Positions 1 to 9,281 of a DNA stretch of 64,000 nucleotides are shown one piece after another (within the stretch, counting starts at the first letter, position 1; each line of letters begins with the position of its first letter). The stretch comes from a bacterium (GTDB taxonomy: Bacteria; Patescibacteriota; Saccharimonadia; Saccharimonadales; UBA4665), in NCBI GenBank assembly GCA_021777375.1, contig JAJYDV010000001.1, positions 11,347 through 75,346 on the forward strand, given 5' to 3'. Position numbers and translations under genes: made by a program. The notes under the pieces were generated by a model. That model saw only the letters and a list, made by a program, of their open reading frames with translations, had not been told where the DNA came from and ran no database searches.

Positions 1-2
1 GC

Positions 3-2375
3 GTACCGACTCGCTCCCAACAAGCCAGCGCCTGCTTTATTCTAGGCATAGAGGACACTATGCCTTCAATACTTAATTGGTATGTGGAAGAGGGGATGAT
101 CTTTAAGGGCGGATCTGGTGCCGGGATTAACCTTAGTTCACTAAGAAGTAGTGTTGAACAGTTAAGTCGCAGCGCAGGTACTGCGAGCGGTCCTTTAAGT
201 TTCATGCGTGGCGCTGATGCCAGCGCTGGAGCGATTAAAAGTGGCGGTAAAACCAGGCGTGCGGCAAAAATGGTTATTCTAAACGTCGACCATCCAGATA
301 TATATGACTTCATCTGGAGCAAGGCAATTGAAGAGCGCAAGGCCCGCGATCTTGAAAGTATGGGCTGGGATATGTCCTTGGACGGTAAAGACAGTTTTTC
401 AGTTCAGTACCAGAACGCAAACATTTCCGTTAGAGTTACTGATGAATTTATGCAGGCAGTAGAAAATGGAGGCGATTGGGATCTAAAGGCGGTGACAACC
501 GGCGAAACGGTACGTACCGTAAAGGCCCGTGATCTTTTCCATCAGTTTGCGGAAGCAGCTTGGGAATGTGCCGATCCCGGCATGCAATTTGATACCGTTA
601 TTAATCATTGGCATACTGCGCCAAAGGCCGGACGTATTAATGGTTCTAATCCATGCAGTGAGTACATGCACTTAGACAACTCAGCCTGCAATTTGGCCAG
701 CCTTAATCTCTTAAAGTTTTTAAGAGAAGACGGGTCATTCCAAATTGACGAATTTAAGCACACGGTGGAGTTAATTTTTACTGCCCAAGAAATCTTAGTT
801 GGCTATAGCGAATATCCTACCGAGAAAATTGGGAAAAACGCTCTTGCTTATAGGGAGCTGGGTATCGGTTATGCTAACTTGGGAGCACTCCTGATGGCTC
901 AAGGTTTACCATATGACAGCGATGAAGGAAGAGCCCAAGCCTCAGCTATAACTGCCTTACTTACTGGTTATGCCTATGCAACTTCGGCCAAAATAGCTGC
1001 CAAAGTTGGTACCTTTGCCGGATTCAATAAAGATCGAGAAGGGATGATCAAGGTATTAAAACAGCATCGGGCAGAGGTTTCAAAAATCGATGCTAGCCTG
1101 GTAAGTGAAGACTTGCTAAATGCAGCAACAAATGCTTGGGATGAAGCAGTCGAGTTGGGTGAGCGTAACGGGGTGCGTAACTCTCAAGCCAGTGTTCTAG
1201 CGCCTACCGGAACGATTGGCTTAATGATGGATTGCGACACGACCGGTATTGAACCAGACTTAGGTTTGGTGAAGGTCAAAAAATTGGTTGGTGGTGGCAC
1301 GATGAGTATCGTTAATCAGACAGTACCTAGAGCGCTAAAATCGCTAGGCTACAAGAAAAACCAAATAGATGAAATTGTTAAGTACATCGATGATGAGAAA
1401 ACCATTATCGGCGCACCGCATCTAAAAAGTGAGCACCTGCCAGTGTTTGCCTGCTCAATGGGAGACAACCCGATTCATTACTTGGGGCACGTTAAGATGA
1501 TGGCTGCGGCCCAGCCATTTATTTCCGGAGCAATATCCAAAACAGTTAATATGCCCGAGGAGGCTAGTGTAGAAGATATTGAGCAGTTACACCTTGATGC
1601 TTGGAAGATGGGCCTTAAGGCGATCGCTATATACCGAGATAACTGTAAAGTTGCTCAGCCTTTGTCAATGGCTAAAAAAGGCGGTGAGCAAAAGCCATCT
1701 CCTAATTCAGAGGGTCGGATTATTGTTAACGGTCCGGCAAGGAGGAAATTACCAAAAGTTCGTACCAGCCGAACCTACAAGTTTCAGATTGCAGATTTGG
1801 ATGGTTATTTCACGGTTGGTGAGTATGAAGACGGAAAACCGGGTGAGCTGTTCATTAATGTTAGCAAACAGGGAAGTACGCTTCGAGGACTGATGGATTC
1901 TTTTGCCATATCGGTTAGTTTAGGTTTGCAGTACGGCGTACCACTTAAGCACTATGCTGGAATTTTGCGTGGAACTTCCTTTGCCCCTGCCGGAGCAACC
2001 GACGATCCGGAGATTAGGACGGCTAGCTCAATAACTGACTACATTCTAAGACGCTTGGCCATGGACTATCTTAACTTCGATGACCGTCTTGAGCTGGGTC
2101 TTGCTGATTTGAGCGACCTGAATATGCCCGAGACGCAAACTGAATTAAATATTCCCGATTCGGATTCCGTAGCAACTCCATCTGTTTTTAAGCGGCCTGA
2201 GCCGGTTGCTGCTCCCCAGACCAATAGTGTGAGTAGTGCTAAATACGGCGAAACGAACAATCAGCTGATTGTCGACCCTTCGGCCCCGTTATGCTACAAC
2301 TGTGGCAACATTACTCAGCGATCTGGAAGTTGTTATGTATGCACTTCGTGCGGAAGTACTACTGGTTGTAGCTAG
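3..2375 (+). CDS. nrdJ: Class II (adenosylcobalamin-dependent) ribonucleotide reductase, 5' part outside the window
   Basis: Frame is open from the window edge (QASACFIL upstream of the Met at 60); NPCSE active-site motif, APTGTI, SGAISKTVNMP, YRD; C-terminal TSCPD-like domain and CxxC...CxxC zinc ribbon. Confidence 0.93.
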   Translation, partial: VPTRSQQASACFILGIEDTMPSILNWYVEEGMIFKGGSGAGINLSSLRSSVEQLSRSAGTASGPLSFMRGADASAGAIKSGGKTRRAAKMVILNVDHPDIYDFIWSKAIEERKARDLESMGWDMSLDGKDSFSVQYQNANISVRVTDEFMQAVENGGDWDLKAVTTGETVRTVKARDLFHQFAEAAWECADPGMQFDTVINHWHTAPKAGRINGSNPCSEYMHLDNSACNLASLNLLKFLREDGSFQIDEFKHTVELIFTAQEILVGYSEYPTEKIGKNALAYRELGIGYANLGALLMAQGLPYDSDEGRAQASAITALLTGYAYATSAKIAAKVGTFAGFNKDREGMIKVLKQHRAEVSKIDASLVSEDLLNAATNAWDEAVELGERNGVRNSQASVLAPTGTIGLMMDCDTTGIEPDLGLVKVKKLVGGGTMSIVNQTVPRALKSLGYKKNQIDEIVKYIDDEKTIIGAPHLKSEHLPVFACSMGDNPIHYLGHVKMMAAAQPFISGAISKTVNMPEEASVEDIEQLHLDAWKMGLKAIAIYRDNCKVAQPLSMAKKGGEQKPSPNSEGRIIVNGPARRKLPKVRTSRTYKFQIADLDGYFTVGEYEDGKPGELFINVSKQGSTLRGLMDSFAISVSLGLQYGVPLKHYAGILRGTSFAPAGATDDPEIRTASSITDYILRRLAMDYLNFDDRLELGLADLSDLNMPETQTELNIPDSDSVATPSVFKRPEPVAAPQTNSVSSAKYGETNNQLIVDPSAPLCYNCGNITQRSGSCYVCTSCGSTTGCS

Positions 2376-2531
2376 TCTAGTAAAGTTGATCAACTCTCAC
2401 TAACGATTTAATGCAAAGGACGTTCTTAGAAGAATCGGTGCTAGTAGAGTTTAAGCTAAATTATCAGCATCTACCGTCAATAGATACAGGTGCTATCCAT
2501 AAGAAGCTATGGTTCATGCTAGACTAAAAGC

Positions 2532-2807
2532 ATGAAAGTGCTCGTGCTTTACCAACCGCATTCTGAACACCGAATAGTGGTTGAAGAACTGGTCCGCGAG
2601 TATAAACGACTATACCCGAGTTCAGTAGTGGAACTTTTAGATGTTGAACAGGAAGACGGAACCGCGATGGCCAAGCTATACGGGATTGTGCGATATCCAA
2701 GCTTACTGGTATTGCGAGACGATGGACTTATGATTCAAAGCTGGGAAGGTGAAGCCGAATTGCCTCGTCCAGAGGATATAATTTACTACGCTAGCTCAAA
2801 TCTATAG
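2532..2807 (+). CDS. Small thioredoxin-fold-like protein lacking cysteines
   Basis: Beta-alpha-beta pattern, LLDVE and YGIVRYPSLLV resembling the thioredoxin cis-Pro loop; TG-n-TAGACT -10 element 6 nt before ATG. Confidence 0.6.
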   Translation: MKVLVLYQPHSEHRIVVEELVREYKRLYPSSVVELLDVEQEDGTAMAKLYGIVRYPSLLVLRDDGLMIQSWEGEAELPRPEDIIYYASSNL

Positions 2808-2831
2808 TAAGTGCTAAACTGAGAGCTGAAT

Positions 2832-3008
2832 AGTCCTTTTGAGCAGTTATCAGCTGCGATGGATCGGGAAGAAACGCCATAATTTGGCGGATTAGAACCC
2901 GCCGGCAAGGCCCGTAATGCCTTAAAACAAGTGCTTTTGAGTGAAACCTCAGAGGAAATCGGATGGTACCATCCCAAATCAAAAGGGATTCCGATGACCT
3001 TGAGGTTT
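2832..3008 (+). ncRNA. ileS T-box riboswitch (ultrashort stem I type)
   Basis: GA/GA K-turn-like base, GCAG-ttATCag-CTGC with Ile specifier ATC at 2849-2851; stem II CGGG..AGAA..CCCG; IIA/B pseudoknot AAGGC/GCCTT; ATCGGA-TGGTACC-ATCCC..GGGAT-TCCGAT discriminator helix with bulge at 2964-2970. Confidence 0.9.
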
Positions 3009-3043
3009 ATTTAATTTTAAAAGGTGTAGTCCGCAAAATAATT

Positions 3044-5950
3044 ATGAAATTCAAGCAACACAGCCGAAGACCAGCAATTGAGTACGAAAAAGACCTAATT
3101 AAATATTGGCAGGAAAACAAGACTTTTGAGCGTTCAGTAGAGGAGCGGCCTAAAGATAATTCCTATGTTTTCTATGACGGGCCACCCTTTATAACTGGCG
3201 TGCCGCATCATGGGACCTTGCTTTCAAGCATCGTAAAAGATGCTATTCCAAGGTATTGGACGATGAAGGGCAAGCGAGTCGAACGGGTGTGGGGCTGGGA
3301 CTGCCATGGTTTACCGGCAGAAGTATTTACCGAGAAGAAGTTAGGTATTTCCGATAAACGGGATATAGGTACCAAAATCAGTCTCGAAGACTATATCTTA
3401 ACTTGTCGCGAGAATATGGTCGTGACTGGCAACGAATGGGAAAGCACGATTGAGCGTATTGGTCGCTGGGTAGACTTTAAAGGCGCCTATCGAACTATGG
3501 ACAAAGATTACATGGAATCAGTTTGGTGGGCGTTTAAACAGCTCTATGATAAGGGTAAAATCTACGAAGGTGAGAAGGTCCTGCTCTACTGTATTCGTGA
3601 CGCAACTCCTATTTCAAAAGCCGAAGTTGCTCAAGACAATTCCTATCAGGAAGATACCGACCCTTCAGTGTATGTTAAGTTTAAACTGACGGGCGCCAAA
3701 AATAGTTATTTGCTAGCTTGGACTACCACGCCTTGGACGTTACCTGCCAATACGGCCGTAGCGGTTAATCCCAATCTCGAATATGCTGAAGTTGAACTAG
3801 ATGGTGAAGTTTTCATATTAGCAAAACAGCTGCTGGAAAAGGTCCTAGTTAACGAAAAACACCAACCATTAACATTTACGCTGTTAAAGACCTTTAAGGG
3901 CAGTGAATTAGTTGGAAAAAGCTACGAGCCATTGTTTGAAAATTTTGGCAAACACGCCCATCAGGTATGGGCAGCGGATTATGTCAGCGTGGATGATGGA
4001 ACAGGAGTAGTTCATCTAGCTCCAGCTTATGGTGAAGAGGACTATGAGTTAGCTCAGCTGAATCAAATACCGATTGTCGCTAACGTCGACGACTATGGTA
4101 TCTATAATAGTGGCGAGTGGGAAGGAATGCAGGTCTGGGATGCTAATCGTCAAATTGCAAAAGAGTTGCATAAGCGAGGCGTAGTCTGGAAGATTGATTT
4201 TATTACTCACTCCTATCCGCACTGCCACCGTTGTAACACTAAGCTAATATACCGTGCTCACCCCAGTTGGTTTTTAGATATAACTTCTCAAAAAGAACAG
4301 ATGCTGGAATTAAACCAAAATATTAACTGGTTTCCGGAACATATTAAATCTGGTCGGTTTGCCAAAACCATTGGCAGTGCACCAGATTGGAATATTAGCC
4401 GTGATCGTTTTTGGGCTACTGCAATGCCAATCTGGAAGGGCGTAGATAGTGAAGGCAAGGAAAGAATTAAGGTTGTCGGAAGCTATGCCGAGCTAAAAGA
4501 ACTTTCTGGTGTAGAACTTGAAGATTATCATCGCCCCTGGGTGGATGACATTACGTTTGAGTTAGATGGAGTTGAGTATAAAAGGATTGATAAGGTATTA
4601 GATTGTTGGTTTGAAAGTGGAAGCATGCCTTTCGCTCAGTTCCACTATCCATTTGAGAATATTGAAAAGTTTGAGCATAATTTCCCGGGCGACTTTATTG
4701 CGGAGTATGTTGGTCAGGTTAGAGCCTGGTTCTACTACTTGCATACCGTCTCTACCGGCCTGTTTAACAGTAACGCGTTTAGCAATGTCATAGTTACCGG
4801 TACTTTGGCGGGTAACGACGGCCGCAAAATGAGCAAAAGCTACGGTAACTTTACGGATCCCAACGAACTAATGGATCGCTATAGTGCTGATGCTTTACGT
4901 TTCCTTTTGCTTGGCTCGCCAGTGTTGAATGCAGAAGACTTCTCTTTAGTAGATAAGGACGCTGGTGACATTAGCCGTAAATTGGGCATGATCTGGAATA
5001 TATACGACTTTTTTAGTCTGTATGCTGACGTGGACAACTGGGAGTGGGATCCGGAGTCCGGCTTAGAATCTCCCCTTTCAAATAATTCTCTCGACCGCTG
5101 GATTATATCTCGAGTGCATCAATTGAACCGATCCGTTGATGAAAATATGCAGGCATACGATATACCTGAAGCCCTAAAAGATGTCCTACCTTTTATAGAT
5201 GATGCCTCTAACTGGTATGTACGACGATCTCGGAAAAGATTCTGGAAATCCGAAAATGATAAGGATAAGAGCCAAGCTTATGCAACTCTGCACTATGTTC
5301 TAGTTCAGCTAGCTCAAATTCTTGCTCCCTTCACGCCTTTCTTGAGCGAGGAATTGTATCGTCTCCTAACAGGAGGCGAAAGCGTGCACTTGCTTAAGTG
5401 GCCAAAAGTTGGCCAGATTGACCAAACATTGCTTGATTCTATGGCAACTGCCAGGGCGATCATTAACGAAGGATTAAGACAACGCGCTGAAGCGGGCGTT
5501 AAAGTTCGCCAACCACTAAGTAGTGTAAGCATATTTAGCGATCTGCCAAAAGAGCTAAGCGAGGACTTGATCTCGATAATTTCCGAAGAGCTTAACGTTA
5601 AAGAGGTGAAATTACATCCGGAAAAGGCTGGGTCGGGTCAATTGCTGGCGGCTGTTGATCTGCGTATTACCCCGGACTTAAGGCGCGAAGGCATAACTAG
5701 AGAAATCATTAGAAACGTTCAAAATGCACGTAAGAATGCGGGCTTAGAAGTTGACGATCGAATCGATCTCCAGCTTGGAGCATCAAACCAAGAGATTAAA
5801 GACGCCTTCACGCAAGACTTGTTAGCTAGTTTAATTCAAAAAGAAACCCTGGCCCTGTCATTAAATCTGAAAGAACTAGATTCTGCGTATGCTGAGACCG
5901 TTAATATAGAGGGCGGTGAACTTGGCATAAAGCTTCGGCGCGTAAAGTAA
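3044..5950 (+). CDS. ileS: Isoleucine--tRNA ligase (IleRS type 2)
   Basis: DGPPF, GWDCHGLP, WTTTPWTLP, GTGVVHLAP, KMSKS; start moved to ATG 3044 because the ORF-track start 2963 lies inside the T-box. Confidence 0.96.
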   Translation: MKFKQHSRRPAIEYEKDLIKYWQENKTFERSVEERPKDNSYVFYDGPPFITGVPHHGTLLSSIVKDAIPRYWTMKGKRVERVWGWDCHGLPAEVFTEKKLGISDKRDIGTKISLEDYILTCRENMVVTGNEWESTIERIGRWVDFKGAYRTMDKDYMESVWWAFKQLYDKGKIYEGEKVLLYCIRDATPISKAEVAQDNSYQEDTDPSVYVKFKLTGAKNSYLLAWTTTPWTLPANTAVAVNPNLEYAEVELDGEVFILAKQLLEKVLVNEKHQPLTFTLLKTFKGSELVGKSYEPLFENFGKHAHQVWAADYVSVDDGTGVVHLAPAYGEEDYELAQLNQIPIVANVDDYGIYNSGEWEGMQVWDANRQIAKELHKRGVVWKIDFITHSYPHCHRCNTKLIYRAHPSWFLDITSQKEQMLELNQNINWFPEHIKSGRFAKTIGSAPDWNISRDRFWATAMPIWKGVDSEGKERIKVVGSYAELKELSGVELEDYHRPWVDDITFELDGVEYKRIDKVLDCWFESGSMPFAQFHYPFENIEKFEHNFPGDFIAEYVGQVRAWFYYLHTVSTGLFNSNAFSNVIVTGTLAGNDGRKMSKSYGNFTDPNELMDRYSADALRFLLLGSPVLNAEDFSLVDKDAGDISRKLGMIWNIYDFFSLYADVDNWEWDPESGLESPLSNNSLDRWIISRVHQLNRSVDENMQAYDIPEALKDVLPFIDDASNWYVRRSRKRFWKSENDKDKSQAYATLHYVLVQLAQILAPFTPFLSEELYRLLTGGESVHLLKWPKVGQIDQTLLDSMATARAIINEGLRQRAEAGVKVRQPLSSVSIFSDLPKELSEDLISIISEELNVKEVKLHPEKAGSGQLLAAVDLRITPDLRREGITREIIRNVQNARKNAGLEVDDRIDLQLGASNQEIKDAFTQDLLASLIQKETLALSLNLKELDSAYAETVNIEGGELGIKLRRVK

Positions 5951-5987
5951 CTAATGTTTATTGATGCCCGTTATTTACAGATTCTTT

Positions 5988-6017
5988 TTGACACTTACAC
6001 CTTATATCTGTTAGAAT
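5988..6017 (+). promoter_or_regulatory. Sigma70-type promoter of rplU
   Basis: TTGACA (5988-5993), 18-nt spacer, TAGAAT (6012-6017). Confidence 0.6.
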
Positions 6018-6055
6018 CAACCGGTAACTTTTTTTAGATCTCAAGGATAAATATT

Positions 6056-6373
6056 ATGAAAAAAGCGGTAATTTCTACCGGTTCAAAACAATATCTGGTA
6101 GCTGAAGGCGACGTGCTTGATGTCGAAAAGCTTGTGTCAGATAAAAATATTGATTTTGACCCACTTCTAATTCTGGATGGCGAAAAGGTCAGTGTCGGTA
6201 AGCCATTTGTTACAGGTGCAAAAGTTAGCACTGAAATTATTGAAGCAGATAAGCTTGGCGAAAAAGTAACATCAATTCGGTATAAGGCAAAGAAACGGGT
6301 GCATAAAGTGCACGGCCATCGCCAACACCTAACAACCATCAAAGTCGTTAAGATTGCCTCAAAGACCGACTAG
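6056..6373 (+). CDS. rplU: 50S ribosomal protein L21
   Basis: AVISTGSKQYLV N-terminus, GKPFV, GHRQHLT. Confidence 0.95.
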   Translation: MKKAVISTGSKQYLVAEGDVLDVEKLVSDKNIDFDPLLILDGEKVSVGKPFVTGAKVSTEIIEADKLGEKVTSIRYKAKKRVHKVHGHRQHLTTIKVVKIASKTD

Positions 6374-6389
6374 CTAAAATTAATTGAAC

Positions 6390-6398
6390 TGTGGATAA
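6390..6398 (-). promoter_or_regulatory. DnaA box (TTATCCACA) upstream of parAB
   Basis: Perfect TGTGGATAA on + strand in an AT-rich intergenic region. Confidence 0.6.
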
Positions 6399-6880
6399 CT
6401 TTTGAGCGTATTTTAGCCAGTTGTTAAAAACTCTACTAAGACAGCACTGCTTACCACTTAACGACAGCCTGTCTAATGGAGCATATATCTTGAAAGATTG
6501 CCCTATATTGCAAAAATATCAACGGGAAAACGCTCTAAATATTGCTTTTTTAATACCACAATATGCATGCAAATATTACTCAAAAAATGCTTGATTACTC
6601 TTTATCTAAGGTAGATACTAACTATATAGGATTGGATGGTCCCTGGCCTTGAGAGACTCGCACTAATCCTAAACCAACAAAAATTGGTTAAAATAACAAA
6701 ACAAGCCTTATAAATAAAATAAAGGCAAAAACTCAACACTAAAGCGCCTCAATAGGGCGTAAAACACGTTTAGGGGTGCTACATCCGAGCTTATAGCGAA
6801 GATAGAGCGCCCCTTATGAATATCCTGGACTAATTTACGTCTAATTTAAAAGGTGATACGCTTAAGATCAGATAGCTGAC

Positions 6881-7654
6881 ATGGCAAGACATATAATTGC
6901 AGTACTAAACCAAAAAGGTGGCGTTGGTAAAACAACAACGGTAGTTAATTTAGCGATATTCTTAAGAAAACTTAACAAGTCCGTTTTAGTAGTAGATATT
7001 GATCCTCAAGGTAACGCTACAAGCGGTCTAGGTGTCGATAAGCAACTTATTGCTGCTTCAACTAAAGAGTTAATGCTTGGCGCGAAACCTTTCGAGCAAA
7101 TTGTTTTACATGCTGAGGGAGGGGTTCATTTAATTCCAACCTCCCAAAGTCTTGCTGCGCTGGAGATCGAATTGGTAAACGGAGCTGATAGAGAATTCCG
7201 ACTCAGGCGAGCATTAGAACGTAGTAACTATGACTATACAATAATTGACTGTCCGCCTTCCTTAAGTCTATTAACCGTTAATGCTTTGACCGCAGCAGAC
7301 AGTATAATTATTCCGGTACAAACCGAGTACTATGCGCTGGAAGGCCTAAGCCAACTTTTAGAGGTGGTACAACTAATTAAAAATGGTTTAAACCCAAACA
7401 TTGAATTACTTGGTGTATTACTTACAATGTATGATAAACGCACAACTTTAGCTGAGCAAGTCAAGGCAGAAGTAGAAAAGCACTTTGGAAATAAAGTTTT
7501 TACAACAGTAGTGCCGCGTAACGTACGTTTAGCAGAAGCGCCGAGCTACGGAATGACAATCTATAGTTATGATAAATGGAGTAAAGGCGCGCGCGCCTAT
7601 CTTTCCTTAGCTAAAGAGGTTCATAACCGCGTTGCCGGATCGCAGGGGATCTAA
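6881..7654 (+). CDS. parA: Chromosome partitioning ATPase ParA/Soj
   Basis: NQKGGVGKTTT deviant Walker A, DIDPQGN, IDCPPS, PRNVRLAEAPSYG. Confidence 0.96.
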   Translation: MARHIIAVLNQKGGVGKTTTVVNLAIFLRKLNKSVLVVDIDPQGNATSGLGVDKQLIAASTKELMLGAKPFEQIVLHAEGGVHLIPTSQSLAALEIELVNGADREFRLRRALERSNYDYTIIDCPPSLSLLTVNALTAADSIIIPVQTEYYALEGLSQLLEVVQLIKNGLNPNIELLGVLLTMYDKRTTLAEQVKAEVEKHFGNKVFTTVVPRNVRLAEAPSYGMTIYSYDKWSKGARAYLSLAKEVHNRVAGSQGI

Positions 7655-7692
7655 TTTTGTGCTTATGCTATAGTTAATTTAAGAAGAGAATC

Positions 7693-8556
7693 ATGGCTAA
7701 TAAACAAAAGCATGGATTAGGTAGCGGGCTTTCAGCTTTAATACCACAGGATATTGATGCGAGCAAGCTCAGTGAGACCTTAGAAAAGATTCACAAACTA
7801 GCACTAGATATCATCGAGCCTAGTAAGGATCAGCCACGCAAACGCTTTGATGATGCCGGGTTATCTGAGCTAGCGGATTCGATCAAGCAACACGGTGTAA
7901 TTCAACCGATTGTTGTTGCGCCGCTGAAAAACGGTCATTATCTGCTGGTTGCCGGAGAACGTCGTCTTAGAGCCGCTAAGTTGGCAGGAGAGAAGACCAT
8001 TCCGTCGATCATCCGAACCTTAAAAGAGCTTGAACGTCTCGAAATGGCGATGATTGAAAATGTACAGCGTGTCGATTTATCGCCAATTGAACAGGCCCTG
8101 GGTATTGAGCGTTTACACCAGCAATTCAGCATGACCTATGAAATGATTGCCAAGAAGCTAGGTAAAGCATTGTCGACAGTGAACAATATAGCAAGGCTTT
8201 TACAATTACCAAAAGAAGTAATCGAGGCATTGAACAAAAAAATTATTACAGAAGGTCATGCTCGAGCTATCTTGTCACTTAAGGACTATCCGGATTATCA
8301 AAAGACCTTACTAAAGAATTGCATTGGTGGATGGAGCGTTCGTCAGGCTGAGCGTTATGTGACTTCGATTAAGTCTGGCGCGCGGACAGATAGCGAGGCT
8401 AGAGCGAAAGTTGCTGTCGAAACTCCTGAAACTAAGAAACTTAGTGCAAGCTTAGGTACGCAGGTAAATATCCGAAGAATGGCTAACGGTGGACGGCTAG
8501 AGATTACTTTTTCGAGCGATGAAGAATTAGCCAGGCTTATTGATCGTATCGTTTAA
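7693..8556 (+). CDS. parB: Chromosome partitioning protein ParB/Spo0J
   Basis: GLGSGL N-terminal peptide, QPRK, AGERRLRA, IENVQRVDL, HTH, GHARA. Confidence 0.96.
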   Translation: MANKQKHGLGSGLSALIPQDIDASKLSETLEKIHKLALDIIEPSKDQPRKRFDDAGLSELADSIKQHGVIQPIVVAPLKNGHYLLVAGERRLRAAKLAGEKTIPSIIRTLKELERLEMAMIENVQRVDLSPIEQALGIERLHQQFSMTYEMIAKKLGKALSTVNNIARLLQLPKEVIEALNKKIITEGHARAILSLKDYPDYQKTLLKNCIGGWSVRQAERYVTSIKSGARTDSEARAKVAVETPETKKLSASLGTQVNIRRMANGGRLEITFSSDEELARLIDRIV

Positions 8557-9194
8557 AATAGTTTAGTATCGTTAATCGGTAGTATTCTTAAGACTAATTG
8601 GCCAACTACTTGACTGGTATTTATGGGCCCGAAAATTCTTGAATCACAAGAAACTGCTCGATTATCTCCCATTACAAACAGTTGGTGTGAGTTTAACCGA
8701 ATCGTCTCGTCGTGGTTGGTGTAGCTTATAATGTGCGTTTTATTGTATGCCATAACTGCATCTGGCTGGAATCCCTGCGGATGTTTTGCATCAAAAATAG
8801 TTACCTTGCCGTTTTGAATTACTACTTTATCTCCCGGCAGGCCGATAACTCGCTTAATAAGTTGTCGAGTACCTGTTTGCTGGCATTCGGTTAAGTTGCT
8901 CTCGTTAAATACAATAATATCGCCGCGCTTGGGTACATATTGATGCCCGGTTATCATAGACCAAGTGCGAGGAACTTTCCAAATAATGAGCTTGTCTTGG
9001 TTCTGAAGAGTTGGTTCCATACTAGGGCCGTCGACTGCATATGATCGAAAAACATAAGTCGTGATTAAAAGTGCAAAGGCTAAGGCAAGCAAAATTATGC
9101 CAAATAAAGAGAGTCCGTCACGCAACCGTGAATTCTTTTTAAAGTCGCCTAAAGATTGACCCTCGGGCTTATTTTTCCTGGATTTAAATATCAT
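8553..9194 (-). CDS. lepB: Signal peptidase I (Ser/Lys type)
   Basis: TM helix, GPSMEPTL, IKRVIGLPGD, GDNRAVSCDSRIFG; start could be 9209. Confidence 0.93.
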   Translation of the reverse strand: MIFKSRKNKPEGQSLGDFKKNSRLRDGLSLFGIILLALAFALLITTYVFRSYAVDGPSMEPTLQNQDKLIIWKVPRTWSMITGHQYVPKRGDIIVFNESNLTECQQTGTRQLIKRVIGLPGDKVVIQNGKVTIFDAKHPQGFQPDAVMAYNKTHIISYTNHDETIRLNSHQLFVMGDNRAVSCDSRIFGPINTSQVVGQLVLRILPINDTKLF

Positions 9195-9281
9195 AACCAC
9201 GTTTAACAACTATATCATGCGTCGTCCTAGCTTCCGAATCCGTGCTAAAGCTTAAGTATTCTGTAGTACTATTAATAGTAA

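Noticed and set aside
2963..3043. ORF-track N-terminal extension of IleRS
   Set aside because: It runs through the T-box discriminator helix; ATG 3044 gives a normal N-terminus
6374..6880. Possible oriC next to parAB
   Set aside because: Only one good DnaA box, no box cluster, no dnaA/dnaN, and gene orientation stays mostly + on both sides; no parS palindrome seen
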